Virus record (IMG/VR): IMGVR_UViG_3300037111_000040
Span: 57,715-121,714 of that record
Source: a virus
Direction: 5' to 3' (one strand)
DNA length: 64,000 nt
Shown here: positions 1 to 11,306 of the stretch, piece by piece
How positions within the stretch are numbered: the first letter of the stretch is position 1
How the letters are laid out: every line of letters starts with the position of its first letter
Translations under genes and position numbers: made by a program
The notes under the pieces: model-generated
The model's database searches: none
The model's input: the letters and a program-made list of their open reading frames with translations, nothing else
Told to the model about the DNA's origin: nothing

Positions 1-31
1 AGCGCTGTTCTCGGGCCATGGGCTTGGAGGA

Positions 32-3000
32 GTGGAGTCGCAGGCTACGGTCGTAGTAAGCGTCCCAAATGCTGGCGTATATCCAATCGAGGTCGATTAC
101 GACTTCTGGTACCACTCAGGACGCATTCTTCTCATCAATGTCTCAGCTACCGCTGGTGGAGCGCCGACACTTGTTCCGCCGCTCCCAGCCAGTGTTCGTC
201 AGGAAACACAGTACCGCTATGTCTATCGCTCCTCGACGACTGGGGCATTGTCTAATCCCTCTCCAGAATCCGCGCCAGAGACGGTACCGGTCACGGCGAA
301 CACTGTCACTTCGTACTGGTCCAACGATCCGCAAGTCGATGTGGTGGATTACTATCGCGTCGACTCTACTACGGCAAATTTTACCTATGTGGCGACCGGG
401 CCAAACGACGACTTAGGTGGTGGTGGAACGAACACCCCGATCACCGACTCGCTTACCGATACAGAATTGGGCACCCAGCTTTTGGAGTACGACAACTTTG
501 AACCATTCCCATCGATTGATCTTCCGCAGAAGGGAACTTGCAGCGTCTCAGGTGGAGTGATCACTTGGGTTTCAGGTGGCGCGATAGGAGGTTCGGCAAC
601 TGGATTCAACATCCGTTGGCTCGGAGGAACGGTGATCCTGATTGGTTCACCGACATCTCTCCCGTACATCTTCATCGCGCGTCCAACGTCCACGACGACG
701 ATAGAAATACCCAATGTCCCGGATGGAACGAATCTCGTGTATGAGATTCCGGAACCTATTCTGGCAGCGCAGCCGATGCCTTACATTGCCGGTCCTACCG
801 ACAACATTCCGTTCGCTTGCGGGGTTGGTGATCCGTTACGCCCAGCAACCTACTACTGGTCGAAAGGCAACAATCTTGATTCGGCTCCTGACACTAACCA
901 GCAGGACATCACCGATCCATCGGAGACTCTCATCAACCTCGTGATGACGACTGGAAAAGTGCTCTTGGGTTCGATCAAGAGGTTCTGGAACATCGTTCCC
1001 AACTTCTTCAATGCACTCGCCACGGCCACTGGCACTTCAGGATCGACTTGGAGCACACGCCTCACGCCGATTGATCGTGGTCTGTTCATGCCGCGTTGTG
1101 TGGCCGTTTCAGGTGGAGGAAACGTGTTCTTCCGCGTCGATGACGGAGTCCACGTGTCGGTTGCTGGCTTGTCATCGAAGTCGATCACAGATGAGACTCT
1201 CTATCCTCTCTTCTCGCATGAAGGTTCTATCCCAACTCCAGTCACAAGAAATGGCGTGATCATCTATCCTCCGGACGACACCCATCCACAATTCCAGCAA
1301 TTCACCTACCAGAATGGGTATCTCTACTACGACTACGGCTACAACTTCAGCGGAACGATAGTTACGAATGTCAGCTTTGTTCCAGAGAATGCCGCGAGCG
1401 CTGGGAGCGGCATAGCGTGGTTGAACCCACCGGGCGCTCTGCTGTCTGGAACGCCAGTATCCGCTACGATCACGAGTTGGTCGGTAAGCGGCGGCGTAAT
1501 GACATTCATATCCGATAACGATTTTGTGGCTGGAGAAGCGGTTAATTTTGCGGACATGGTGGCTGGTTCATTTCTTAACGGAATTCCGCTGGTTGTAATA
1601 TCTTCTGGTTTGAGTTCAACGCAGTTTTCGGCGGTCTTCCCCTATCCAGACACGGGAGCGACGGCTGATTCCGGAAACGCCACTCCAGCCATCCCTAACT
1701 ATGCGTCTCTTTCGATTCCGAATCCTCCGTTTACTCCTGACGCTGGAGAATATGTAGCTTATTCTCTTCCAACCGCTGCACTACCTCCAAACAGCGGATT
1801 CACTACGTTCGCCGGAGCAAAGGCTGGAATCGCGTCGGCAAGCTGGATTGCAGGCGGAGCCTGTGGCACGGCTAATACCGGAACTCCAGACACTCCATTC
1901 CTCACCGACGTGGACTGTGGATGGAGCGGTTTCACGGTTCCCACTCTCCCCGTGGGTGCTGTCATCACCAGAATCTATCCTGTGGCAGTCATGGCGAATT
2001 TTGAAACAGCCAGCGGTTTTTATTTTGTTCTATCGGGTGGTGTTGGTGTCACAGAGGTGTGGAGCGAGTATGTTACAGCGGACGGCCAATATAGTGCTCC
2101 CTCACCAGCAGATTCATTGGGAAGTTTGGCTGCCGATATCACTGGAGCTTACCTCAATCTAAACCTCACGGCTCGAACTGGACCATGGCCGGGTCGAGTT
2201 GATGTCTCTTCCGTCGCACTTGCCGTCTACTACACGGTTTCAAGCGGTGCTCTGCCATCGAATCAATCACAGACCTTAGAACTCACAGGAACCGGGTTGT
2301 CGATTCCTCCGGGGGCTGTGGTAACTGGTATCGAGATCGATTTCGAAAGCGGATTGGTTTTCGGTGGCGCAAGCGACGAGACCATTCAACTGACAGTAAG
2401 TGGAACTCCAGTCGGAAATGTTAAGGCAATCAATCCGGGATCGTGGCCTTTGCCGTACACCCTCGGCGGAAACGGCGATCTATGGGGACAGGGAGGAATG
2501 TCGGGCACACAGGCCAACAACTTGGGAGCGAACTTCGCTTCAGGTCTGAATCTAGGATCACAGTTGAATCTTAATGAAGTGTCTCTGACTGTTTTCTACG
2601 AGGCTTCCGTTGAGGAAACAGGGAACGCTACCTTGGTATTTGACACCGCCGCTGAGGGATGGATTCTGGATAAATACATCGGCCCAATTCCAACTATACA
2701 CGCGGCAGACGAAGGTGAAAGCCAGCAGGGAATCCTTGTCGGTTGCTCGGACGGCACAGTACGCCTCATGTCTTCCTCCGGAACCGAAACCGTAACTGGA
2801 ACGGTTCTCACCCCCGCTTTCGGCGGCGTCGGATGGCAGAATATGTACGAAGCGACGGTCGAGTACACTTCAAATCAGGCGGTGACACTGACGTTCATCG
2901 TTGCCGATGAAGGCAACGGAAGTTATGGACCTCCGCCAATCACACTCCCGGCGACGACGGAGGAACCTACGAAGTACACCTTCAAGGTTGGTGCGAACAA

Positions 3001-3157
3001 GTACAAGCTCCTGCAGATGCAGTTCCAGTCCACGGACCCCGCTTTGGCGGTGTACCTTGACGGCTGTATCTTGAACGTCCATGACTGGGGCTCCTCGGCA
3101 CCATACCGCCCGGTTAATCCGTTCACACCTTCCGGAGGCACAGGGGGTCAAGCATGA
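32..3157 (+). CDS. Large virion structural/tail protein (probably 5'-truncated by the window edge)
   Basis: 1041-aa ORF rich in Thr/Ser/Gly/Pro beta-strand-like sequence; lies upstream of fibre genes. Confidence 0.65.
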   Translation: MESQATVVVSVPNAGVYPIEVDYDFWYHSGRILLINVSATAGGAPTLVPPLPASVRQETQYRYVYRSSTTGALSNPSPESAPETVPVTANTVTSYWSNDPQVDVVDYYRVDSTTANFTYVATGPNDDLGGGGTNTPITDSLTDTELGTQLLEYDNFEPFPSIDLPQKGTCSVSGGVITWVSGGAIGGSATGFNIRWLGGTVILIGSPTSLPYIFIARPTSTTTIEIPNVPDGTNLVYEIPEPILAAQPMPYIAGPTDNIPFACGVGDPLRPATYYWSKGNNLDSAPDTNQQDITDPSETLINLVMTTGKVLLGSIKRFWNIVPNFFNALATATGTSGSTWSTRLTPIDRGLFMPRCVAVSGGGNVFFRVDDGVHVSVAGLSSKSITDETLYPLFSHEGSIPTPVTRNGVIIYPPDDTHPQFQQFTYQNGYLYYDYGYNFSGTIVTNVSFVPENAASAGSGIAWLNPPGALLSGTPVSATITSWSVSGGVMTFISDNDFVAGEAVNFADMVAGSFLNGIPLVVISSGLSSTQFSAVFPYPDTGATADSGNATPAIPNYASLSIPNPPFTPDAGEYVAYSLPTAALPPNSGFTTFAGAKAGIASASWIAGGACGTANTGTPDTPFLTDVDCGWSGFTVPTLPVGAVITRIYPVAVMANFETASGFYFVLSGGVGVTEVWSEYVTADGQYSAPSPADSLGSLAADITGAYLNLNLTARTGPWPGRVDVSSVALAVYYTVSSGALPSNQSQTLELTGTGLSIPPGAVVTGIEIDFESGLVFGGASDETIQLTVSGTPVGNVKAINPGSWPLPYTLGGNGDLWGQGGMSGTQANNLGANFASGLNLGSQLNLNEVSLTVFYEASVEETGNATLVFDTAAEGWILDKYIGPIPTIHAADEGESQQGILVGCSDGTVRLMSSSGTETVTGTVLTPAFGGVGWQNMYEATVEYTSNQAVTLTFIVADEGNGSYGPPPITLPATTEEPTKYTFKVGANKYKLLQMQFQSTDPALAVYLDGCILNVHDWGSSAPYRPVNPFTPSGGTGGQA

Positions 3158-3311
3158 AATTCGGAAGCATAACATCTCGACGCTGTCGTAGGTGCGGAGC
3201 CGTTAGCAATGCACAGTTGCCTGATACTGATACCCATCGCAACCTAAACACGCATCGGCTGTGTGACAAATGCACGAAGTGGCAAAAAGTAAATCAGAAG
3301 AGGGCTGTTAA

Positions 3312-4628
3312 ATGAGCACAAACCCAGTCTCAATGCGATTGCCAATCGGAATCGAGGGAAAAGCCGAGCCCGAAGTTGTGGAGACTATTCAATACCACGA
3401 CGACGCGATTACCGACCTGCAACAGGCGATTCCGAAACTAAAATCTCAGATCGATTCTTTGGTGACTACTGTCGGGGCGGTGACTGCGTCATCTTCTTCG
3501 TCGAGTGGCTCCTCACAGAGCATCACGAACATCATAAACAACATTGGGTTCGTCAACCCGCAACAGGGAGTGACCATCTATGCGACGCAGCCTAGCGATG
3601 AGGGTGCGCTGATCATTCTGAGTGACGCATCGCCTATCGCGGTGACCCTCACATCTGCCGGATCGATTCCCGGAATCACTCTTCCGTGGTACACATTCTT
3701 CCTCAATTTAGGATCGGGAACCGCCACTTTGACTCCAGCTACAGGGACGATCAGCTATCCCGGAAACCTTGGCGCGGCCTCCATGCCGGTGATCGCCGAA
3801 GCTATGGCGCTGGTCTACTTCGACGGGACAAATTTCTGGGCAGCTACCGTAATCGCAGGTGTGAGCGGATCAGGAACGACCGGCTACATCCCTGTCTTTA
3901 CAGGACCGACTGCCTTAGGAGACAGTCATCTTGACGATGGCGTAACGACTACTGGCATCATAACATCAAGTGAACCTTTAACTTGTAGCGATACTTCAAC
4001 TACACCATCTTACTTTGCCGGTGTCTTATCTGGTGGTAGTGGTGCTGTCTTCGGCGCGACAGGTCAATCAGCTACTGACTTGTATAACGACCTTGTTGGT
4101 AACTTTGGCAACATTGTGCCGATTCTTGCTGTTGCGGAAGGTACCTCGTACTTCGGGTCGTTGTCAACAGCACCTGGTGTTTCACCTACTATACTTTGGT
4201 CAGGAGCTTTCCTCGGTGTCAGTTGTGATGGCACTACTGCTGGTTCTAATGGATTCCTTTCATTCTTTGATAACAACTTCGCTGAGACGCCCTTTTACAT
4301 TGGCGGCACGAATCAGATCTACGTTCAACCGGCTAATAATACTGACTACCCATCTGCTCATGGCTATGTTGGTATTAACAACCCCTCTCCGGCTGTCCAG
4401 TTAGATGTAATTGGAGACATAGGCATAAGTGGTAACATAGCTATTCCTGCTAAGGTCACAGGTTATCACGGAACGGGTGCCGGTGATGTTGATGTGCAGA
4501 TGAGCGATGGGACAGGTTCTGCCGGAAACATGGCTATTTTTGACGCAGGCGGTGGTCTCACAGATGGCGGACCACCGGCAGGCGGCGGTGTTGGTTTCGC
4601 TCAGATATTTTTGTTGATGGGTGCATAA
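3312..4628 (+). CDS. Tail fibre-like protein
   Basis: N-terminal coiled coil, Gly/Thr-rich body, 'GYVGINNPSPAVQLDVIG' fibre-type repeat. Confidence 0.6.
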   Translation: MSTNPVSMRLPIGIEGKAEPEVVETIQYHDDAITDLQQAIPKLKSQIDSLVTTVGAVTASSSSSSGSSQSITNIINNIGFVNPQQGVTIYATQPSDEGALIILSDASPIAVTLTSAGSIPGITLPWYTFFLNLGSGTATLTPATGTISYPGNLGAASMPVIAEAMALVYFDGTNFWAATVIAGVSGSGTTGYIPVFTGPTALGDSHLDDGVTTTGIITSSEPLTCSDTSTTPSYFAGVLSGGSGAVFGATGQSATDLYNDLVGNFGNIVPILAVAEGTSYFGSLSTAPGVSPTILWSGAFLGVSCDGTTAGSNGFLSFFDNNFAETPFYIGGTNQIYVQPANNTDYPSAHGYVGINNPSPAVQLDVIGDIGISGNIAIPAKVTGYHGTGAGDVDVQMSDGTGSAGNMAIFDAGGGLTDGGPPAGGGVGFAQIFLLMGA

Positions 4629-4955
4629 ATGCCGACTACGATCAGAGTTCTCGCACAAGCATATCCCACGGCCACGGTCGAGACGACTCTCTATACCTGT
4701 GCGACGACATCAGCGGTCATCTCCACGCTTACCATCTGCAACAACAGTGCCACCGCAGACGCGATCACTATGAGAATATGCGTCGGGGGGGCTGGCGATT
4801 CGAACGAGCAATTGATTCTTAGTGGAACGACTGTTGGAGGAAATGGAGTGCTTGCTCTGACAGTCGGCATCACCATGGAGAACACGGACGTAATAAAAGT
4901 CACTTCCGCAAATGGAACAAGTGCATTCAATTTGTTCGGTCAGGAAAACTCATGA
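4629..4955 (+). CDS. Small virion structural protein
   Basis: 108-aa beta-rich ORF abutting both neighbours in the tail module. Confidence 0.55.
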   Translation: MPTTIRVLAQAYPTATVETTLYTCATTSAVISTLTICNNSATADAITMRICVGGAGDSNEQLILSGTTVGGNGVLALTVGITMENTDVIKVTSANGTSAFNLFGQENS

Positions 4956-5731
4956 GCATCGAATCTTATCCTCCCGGATTTCAGGGTCCCCAAGGCGCAA
5001 CCGGCAGTCAGGGAAATGCTGGCGTACAGGGAAACACAGGCACTCAAGGTGCTACGGGAACACAGGGTCCGACAGGTTCGCAAGGCACCACCGGCACTAC
5101 TGGTACTCAAGGAACTCAGGGAGTACAGGGAACCCAAGGTGTTCAAGGAACGGTTGGAACTGGCACTCAAGGCACGACTGGCACGCAAGGAGATACTGGA
5201 GGAACTGGTTTACAAGGCACACAAGGAGCACAGGGGAGACAGGGAGCACAAGTACAGGGTGCAACCGGAGGGACTGGGCCTCAAGGAACTCAAGGACTTC
5301 AGGGGCCAGCACAAGGGTTGCAAGGTGCAACTGGTGGTACTGGACCTCAAGGAGCCACTGGTGCTCAGGGAGCACAAGGCAGACAGGGTGCCACTTCGGA
5401 TATACGGTTGAAAAAAGATATTCGACCCTATCCCGGTGGCGTGCAGACAGTATTAGGAATTAAGCCTTGTATCTTCAAATACAATGGCCTGTACGATACC
5501 GCAGACGATGGCATTGACAAGGTTGGTATCATTGCTAACGAGTTGCAGGGCGTCATACCACAAGCAGTCTATGGGGTCAAGGGTAAGCTTCACCCTGAAG
5601 ATGAGGAAACTTCCGACATTCTGCATTACGATTTGACGCCTTTAGTGATGGCAAACACGAACGCCATAAAAGAAGTCGTTGCGACAGTGGATGATCTGCT
5701 TCTCAGAGTCAAAAAGTTAGAAGGCGAATGA
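4952..5731 (+). CDS. Collagen-like fibre protein with C-terminal intramolecular chaperone (peptidase S74-like) domain
   Basis: Long G-x-Q/G-x-T triplet repeat, then 'SDIRLKKDI...GIIANELQ' autocleavage-chaperone signature and a terminal coiled coil. Confidence 0.85.
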   Translation: MSIESYPPGFQGPQGATGSQGNAGVQGNTGTQGATGTQGPTGSQGTTGTTGTQGTQGVQGTQGVQGTVGTGTQGTTGTQGDTGGTGLQGTQGAQGRQGAQVQGATGGTGPQGTQGLQGPAQGLQGATGGTGPQGATGAQGAQGRQGATSDIRLKKDIRPYPGGVQTVLGIKPCIFKYNGLYDTADDGIDKVGIIANELQGVIPQAVYGVKGKLHPEDEETSDILHYDLTPLVMANTNAIKEVVATVDDLLLRVKKLEGE

Positions 5732-5770
5732 CCATGCTGTGCTGCTCAGCGGTCAGAAAGTTAGAAGGCG

Positions 5771-7597
5771 ATGTCTAATAGGAACTTCGTCCGCTCGGTG
5801 TTGGCAGAGGGCGGCGAAATCAAGCAACTAATGATTGCTTCCACAGACTCCGGTGGTCTCGGACTGTGTAATCCATCTGTGTTTGTTGACCGCGACGAAC
5901 TCTGGATGATTCTGCGAAACGTCAACTATACACTCTACCATGCGGAGAACGGGCAAACGTTCAACAATCGCTTCGGTCCTCTCGCCTATCTCAATCCCGA
6001 AAACGACCTGCATTTACGGACAACGAATTTCCTTTGCAAACTCGCTCCAAGCCTCGAAATCGAACGCTATTGGAAGATTGACACAAGCATGCTCGATAAA
6101 GAGCCGCTATGGGAGTTTGTCGGGCTTGAGGACGCACGCCTCGTTCGGTGGGATGGACATCTCTATGCCATTGGGTGTCGGCGAGACACCACAACCAACG
6201 GGCAAAGCAGAATGGAATTTTCAGAACTGGAAGTGACAGATAAATCTGTAAAAGAAATTGGTCGCTACCGCATTGAGCACCCCACAAATCCTGAATGGTA
6301 TTGCGAAAAGAACTGGATGCCTGTGCTCGATATGCCGTACCACTTCATCCAGTGGACAAATCCTGCCGTGCTGGTCAAGGCTGACCTAACGACGCTGAAA
6401 TCGTGTCGCGTGCGGGAAGTGGATGAAGCCGATAAAATTGAAGGGATGCCATTTCTTCGTGGTAATTCCCAAGTCATTCATTGGAAGGATTACTACGTCT
6501 GCGTAGTTCACGACTGCGACCTTTTCAAGAACAACATCGGGCAGAAAGACGCCACGTATATGCACCGATTTGTGGTCTATGACCAGAACTGGAAAATCGT
6601 AAGAATCGGTGAACCATTTTCGTTCTTGGATGGGGAGATAGAATTTTGCTGCGGACTGACGGAGTGGCAAAACGACCTGCTGATAACTTTCGGGTTCCAA
6701 GATAACTGCGCTTTCATTCTTCGGGTGCCGGAACGGGCGATTCCCAAGGTGCTGGGTCTGAATGAAACCTCACAGCAGCCAAGAGTTAAAAATAAGTGGC
6801 ACACAACTTCCTACCCGACACTTGAAATAACAACCGCCATTCCAAAGAATGGATGCCCACCGCATTGCGCGTTCTGCCCACAAGATAAACTAGTCGCGGT
6901 ATACAACGGGGAACGCATTCTGTCTTTGCCGGATTATGTAAAGCTTATCGACAAGGTGCCGCCAGAAATACAGATTACCTTCGCTGGTTGCGCAGAGCCT
7001 TTTCTAAACCCCAATTGCGCGGCGATGATATGCCATGCCCACGCTACGGGGCACAAGGTTTCCCTGTTCACAACTGGGATGGGGATGAGCCTCGCCGACT
7101 TCGAGCAGATTAAGGGGATACCGTTCACAGGAGTGCAGGGCGGGTTCGTCCTTCACCTTCCCGACGTAGAGGGTTACTTTTCCCATCATTCAGACAAATA
7201 CACGCAACTGTTAACGGCGATTAAGCGTGAATCACGTCATATCGAGAATTTCCGCTCCATGACGATGGGGACACTATCACCGGCTTTGCGAGGGCTGTTC
7301 CCTGAAACAATCAGACCTGCTATGTACAATCGGGCGGGTAATGTGAAGAAAACTGAGTTCATTCAGATTAGTCTCAACACAACGGAAATGAGAAATAGCG
7401 ATACAACTTGTGGTTGTCCAGAGCGGCTGTATCATAGTGTTCTGTTGCCAAACGGCGATGTCTCACTCTGCTGCATGGATTACGGTTTGGAGCACATACT
7501 AGGCAATTTGTACAAGCATTCCTTTGAAGAAATCGTTCCCAAGGATGGCACGCCATTCGTATTGTGCAAGACCTGTGAAAACGGAGTTCCAGCATGA
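5771..7597 (+). CDS. Fusion of a glycosidase-like beta-propeller and a radical SAM/SPASM-twitch domain
   Basis: N-half has NPS, GLEDARL, EKNWMP and IEFCCG motifs; C-half has CPPHCAFC (CxxxCxxC) and 'NGDVSLCCMD...LGNL...CKTC'. Confidence 0.7.
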   Translation: MSNRNFVRSVLAEGGEIKQLMIASTDSGGLGLCNPSVFVDRDELWMILRNVNYTLYHAENGQTFNNRFGPLAYLNPENDLHLRTTNFLCKLAPSLEIERYWKIDTSMLDKEPLWEFVGLEDARLVRWDGHLYAIGCRRDTTTNGQSRMEFSELEVTDKSVKEIGRYRIEHPTNPEWYCEKNWMPVLDMPYHFIQWTNPAVLVKADLTTLKSCRVREVDEADKIEGMPFLRGNSQVIHWKDYYVCVVHDCDLFKNNIGQKDATYMHRFVVYDQNWKIVRIGEPFSFLDGEIEFCCGLTEWQNDLLITFGFQDNCAFILRVPERAIPKVLGLNETSQQPRVKNKWHTTSYPTLEITTAIPKNGCPPHCAFCPQDKLVAVYNGERILSLPDYVKLIDKVPPEIQITFAGCAEPFLNPNCAAMICHAHATGHKVSLFTTGMGMSLADFEQIKGIPFTGVQGGFVLHLPDVEGYFSHHSDKYTQLLTAIKRESRHIENFRSMTMGTLSPALRGLFPETIRPAMYNRAGNVKKTEFIQISLNTTEMRNSDTTCGCPERLYHSVLLPNGDVSLCCMDYGLEHILGNLYKHSFEEIVPKDGTPFVLCKTCENGVPA

Positions 7598-8802
7598 GCG
7601 AACTGCTGAATTACGTCAGTGACCCCGAGAACGCGGAGTATAACTTTTCGCTGGGGAACTGGTATGAAAACCAAGGTCACACCGCCGCAGCAGCCGGGTT
7701 CTACATCAGGACAACTGAATACTCAACGAACGCCTTGCTCATCTACGAGGCGCTTTTGCGACTTGCCAACTGTTTTACACGGCAGGGCTGTCGGGTCTAC
7801 ACGACCAAAGGCATTTTGCTCAGGGCCATCTCTCTGATGCCCGACCGGCCAGAAGCCTATTTTCTTCTGAGCCGCTTGTACGAGGTCAACAAGGATTGGC
7901 AGGAATCCTACACCTTCTCGATTATGGGTCAGAAGCTGCATGAAGACCACCCAAAGTTACGCACGAACGTGGACTATCCGGGGCGATACGCCTTGGTGTT
8001 TGAACAAGCTGTATCTGCATGGTGGATTGGTCTGTTCGATGAATCCCTTCATCTCCTTAGACAATTGAAGAAGAATCCCACGATGTTGCCAGTACACATT
8101 ATGGCCGTACAGAATAATCTACAGAGGCTCGACGGCACGTTGTGGACTGACCCACTAATCTACTATGGCTCGATGTACGAGCAACTGCGGGTCAAATTCC
8201 CCGGTTCACGATTCATCGAACGCAACTATTCGCAGATGTACCAAGATATGTTCGTGTTGACGATGCTCAACGGGAAGCGCGATGGTACGTTTTTTGAACT
8301 CGGATGCGGAGACCCCACCTTCACGAACAATACGAAACTGCTTGAGGAGTGGGGATGGAGCGGTGTGTCCATCGACATAAAACCGTCAATAACAGCGAAG
8401 TACGCCAAGGAACGAAAAAGCACCGTCATCACTGGTGATGCCGTAAAATTGGACTACGATGCGCTAATCACAAAAGACTACGACTATCTGCAAATCGACA
8501 CCGACCCGAACTCCTTCAACGTATTGTTGCAGCTACCGTTTGAAACTCGAAAATTCGCTGTGATTACATTTGAACACGACGACTACCTCTCTCCTGACCC
8601 CACTGTCAAGGAGCGTAGTAGACGGTATCTTGAATCACATGGCTACCTTCTAGTCGTTGGTGATATTGCACCGAGGAAATACGATAGCATGGAAGACTGG
8701 TGGATTCACCCCGATCTGGTCGATCCAAAGATCGTGGATCGAATGCGCGACAACGGTACCGGCGTTAAAAGAGCGGACGAGTACATGCTCATGCACGCGT
8801 AA
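7594..8802 (+). CDS. TPR-repeat plus FkbM-like SAM methyltransferase fusion
   Basis: N-terminal TPR-like helices ('PDRPEAYFLLSRLY'); 'YSQMYQDMFV...FFELG...NNTKLLE...YLQIDTD...ITFEHD...EDWW'. Confidence 0.7.
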   Translation: MSELLNYVSDPENAEYNFSLGNWYENQGHTAAAAGFYIRTTEYSTNALLIYEALLRLANCFTRQGCRVYTTKGILLRAISLMPDRPEAYFLLSRLYEVNKDWQESYTFSIMGQKLHEDHPKLRTNVDYPGRYALVFEQAVSAWWIGLFDESLHLLRQLKKNPTMLPVHIMAVQNNLQRLDGTLWTDPLIYYGSMYEQLRVKFPGSRFIERNYSQMYQDMFVLTMLNGKRDGTFFELGCGDPTFTNNTKLLEEWGWSGVSIDIKPSITAKYAKERKSTVITGDAVKLDYDALITKDYDYLQIDTDPNSFNVLLQLPFETRKFAVITFEHDDYLSPDPTVKERSRRYLESHGYLLVVGDIAPRKYDSMEDWWIHPDLVDPKIVDRMRDNGTGVKRADEYMLMHA

Positions 8803-8899
8803 GGATTTTTAGGGCGTTTATCTTGTAATCGGTGTAGAATGGCGATGTGTTGAGCGGCGGTCCGGGAGCCGGTGCTCGCCTCGCGTTTGGAGGTGTGCC

Positions 8900-9409
8900 A
8901 TGGGCTTCTGGGAATCGGTTTTCGGCGGTCAAAATCTAGGTCTCAACGCGGCCATCGGCCAAACCAGCCAAGCCGCTGGCGAAGCTACCCAGCGAGGCGA
9001 GAAGAACACAGCCGCTGCATCCGATTGGTGGAACTCCATCGTGAGCGGCGATGCCACGAAGACGGCGCAGGCAATCGCTCCCGAAAGAAGCGCCGCCGAA
9101 AAATCCACACAACAAGACATCAAGAGTGCTACCGAACTGGGCACACGCTCGGGAGGTACAGCCGCGTCCAACGCCGCGACGAAGGACAAGCTCCACGAGT
9201 ATATGACGAACCTCATCGGCAGTCTCACAGGAAGCTCTGTGAGTGGTCTTGCGACAACTGGCGGTGATCTCTTGAAGACTGGCATGACCGGCATCGGGCA
9301 GGAGGCCGAACTGTCCCAGCAACGGTATGAGAACTGGAACAACAGTATCCTTGGCCGCGCTACCACGACTGGTGCAGCGGCTGGGGAAGCATTTGCACTT
9401 GGCGGGTAG
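8900..9409 (+). CDS. Putative DNA pilot/ejection protein
   Basis: GGAGG RBS; Gly/Ala-rich helical protein beginning MGFWESVFGG; follows tail genes. Confidence 0.5.
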   Translation: MGFWESVFGGQNLGLNAAIGQTSQAAGEATQRGEKNTAAASDWWNSIVSGDATKTAQAIAPERSAAEKSTQQDIKSATELGTRSGGTAASNAATKDKLHEYMTNLIGSLTGSSVSGLATTGGDLLKTGMTGIGQEAELSQQRYENWNNSILGRATTTGAAAGEAFALGG

Positions 9410-9437
9410 CGTCACAAATCACAAGGAGACGACAAAA

Positions 9438-9704
9438 ATGGCGAACGACGAAGCGTGGCAAGCTGGAATGGATATTGCCTCAAAGCACAAGGACAAAAAG
9501 AACAATAAAGGCAAATTTCTCGTCCAAGCGAGCGCCGACAAAATGGCGAGCCCGAAGTCCTTCAAGAAGGGCGGAAAAGTGAAGAAATCGGGGTACGCTC
9601 GCGTCCACAAGGACGAGGTGGTTCTCACCGCTGGGCAGGCCAAAGGTCGCCGTAAGGGCGGCAAGAAGAAGGCCGCGCGGAAGAGAGTCGCGAGGAAGGC
9701 ATAG
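9438..9704 (+). CDS. Small basic (Lys-rich) protein
   Basis: AAGGAG RBS before ATG 9438; 'FKKGGKVKKSGYARVHKDEVVL'. Confidence 0.6.
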   Translation: MANDEAWQAGMDIASKHKDKKNNKGKFLVQASADKMASPKSFKKGGKVKKSGYARVHKDEVVLTAGQAKGRRKGGKKKAARKRVARKA

Positions 9705-9708
9705 CCAG

Positions 9709-11304
9709 ATGGCGAACGAGAGTGCATGGCAAGAAGGTTGGCAGCTTGGCGCACAGCGCGGACAAGAACGGCGCGCTCACAAGCAAGCTTTGTCCGACGC
9801 TGAGTTTCAGGAAAAGCACAACGAAATTCAGGGGATGGTGGACAACCTCCAGACCAGACTCTCGACGCTCGATCCCAGCAGCACGGAGTATCTCCAAACA
9901 CGCGACCAACTAGCGCAAGCTCTGCAGACACGCGACGAGCATTGGGGAAGCCAGACCCATCCGAACGCGCTGATGAGATTCGGAAAGATGTTGGGCAAGG
10001 ACCTCCGTTTCCCTAAGAAGCCAGCATCGGCTCCCGCTCCGCCTCCGATCTACGGACAGTCGACGATTGACGCGAACGGAGAGAAAATTCCAGCAGGCCC
10101 AGCCTACGAAATCCGCGAGCAGGGTTCACAAACGCCGGAGCAAGTTAAGGCACAGGCCGAGGCTACTCAGCTTGCCTCCGCAGGACCGCCGTCTCCAACC
10201 GAGCAAGGAGAGGCAACAGCGCAAACGGAGATCACAAGAACAAACGCTGTTAACCAAGCGACGATTGAGTGGCTCAAGAAGAATAATGCCCCACAAGAGG
10301 TAATCGATCAGGCGGTGGCGAGCCTCGCCAAGGTTCCTCTCACGAAGGGCGTGAAGGCGATAGGACAGCCTTACAAAGACTCGAATGATGGAAAATTCTA
10401 CCAGCGTTTCTTGAATCCGGACGGCACCGATTTCCGCGAAGAGGTTCCCGGATACACGCAGCCAGCAGGAAAGGCGAGTCATTCGAAGTTCGCTGAAACG
10501 GAGGCCGCATACAGACACGACTACAACATCCCTGAAGGGGAGCCTCTGACTGTGGCCGATATTCTGTTCATCAACCAGCAAACGGCGCTATCGAGTGCGG
10601 CCCCCTCCGAGAGCATCACCACCACTCTGAAGCAGGACTTAAACGGCTGGTATGTGCCGGTTACGGAAACGAATCGCCGTGTCCCCGGATTTGGGGTAAT
10701 CCTGAAGCCACCCCGTGGGCCGTTACCGGGCGAAGATGAAAATGCTCAACCCGGAGAGGGACAACCGACGCATTTGGGCGGGGTAAAGAAAAAGGCACAG
10801 GCTGCTGGCTCACCGACCGCGTCATCTGGTGCAACTCATGTCGGCAAGGCGGTTCTCCGTGGCCGCACACCGGAGTACACGGCAGCGTACAAGGACTACG
10901 AGACTGCCAAGGGATTGTCTAAAATTGCTGATCTGGTGGCACAGCATCCGGACGATGCGATCAACCAGAAGCGCCTTGCTGTTGCTCTTGAGAAAGTCAG
11001 CGCCGGAAGGTTCACGACACAGGCTCTCGACTACATCATCACATCCGGATGGGGGAACACGATTCAGCAGTGGGTCAATAATCCGACACACGGTGCTTTG
11101 CCAGCCGATATTCTCCGCCAATTGATTGACGGCGCGCATGAAAACGAAACGGCGAAGAAGCAAGTTCTCGACGACATAAACACATCGGAAAGCGAGCCCG
11201 AAGGTTCCACACCGCCGTCGTCCACGAATCCCGACCTAGATGCGATCATGAGAACCCTACAGAACGGACCATCGCAAACCGCACCTGCGCATCCGCCACA
11301 GTAA
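9709..11304 (+). CDS. Putative internal virion/ejection protein
   Basis: 531-aa Gln/Pro/Ala-rich ORF in operon context. Confidence 0.5.
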   Translation: MANESAWQEGWQLGAQRGQERRAHKQALSDAEFQEKHNEIQGMVDNLQTRLSTLDPSSTEYLQTRDQLAQALQTRDEHWGSQTHPNALMRFGKMLGKDLRFPKKPASAPAPPPIYGQSTIDANGEKIPAGPAYEIREQGSQTPEQVKAQAEATQLASAGPPSPTEQGEATAQTEITRTNAVNQATIEWLKKNNAPQEVIDQAVASLAKVPLTKGVKAIGQPYKDSNDGKFYQRFLNPDGTDFREEVPGYTQPAGKASHSKFAETEAAYRHDYNIPEGEPLTVADILFINQQTALSSAAPSESITTTLKQDLNGWYVPVTETNRRVPGFGVILKPPRGPLPGEDENAQPGEGQPTHLGGVKKKAQAAGSPTASSGATHVGKAVLRGRTPEYTAAYKDYETAKGLSKIADLVAQHPDDAINQKRLAVALEKVSAGRFTTQALDYIITSGWGNTIQQWVNNPTHGALPADILRQLIDGAHENETAKKQVLDDINTSESEPEGSTPPSSTNPDLDAIMRTLQNGPSQTAPAHPPQ

Positions 11305-11306
11305 AA

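Noticed and set aside
4912-5463. Alternative-frame ORFs over the collagen-like repeat
   Set aside because: By-products of the 9-nt periodic repeat.
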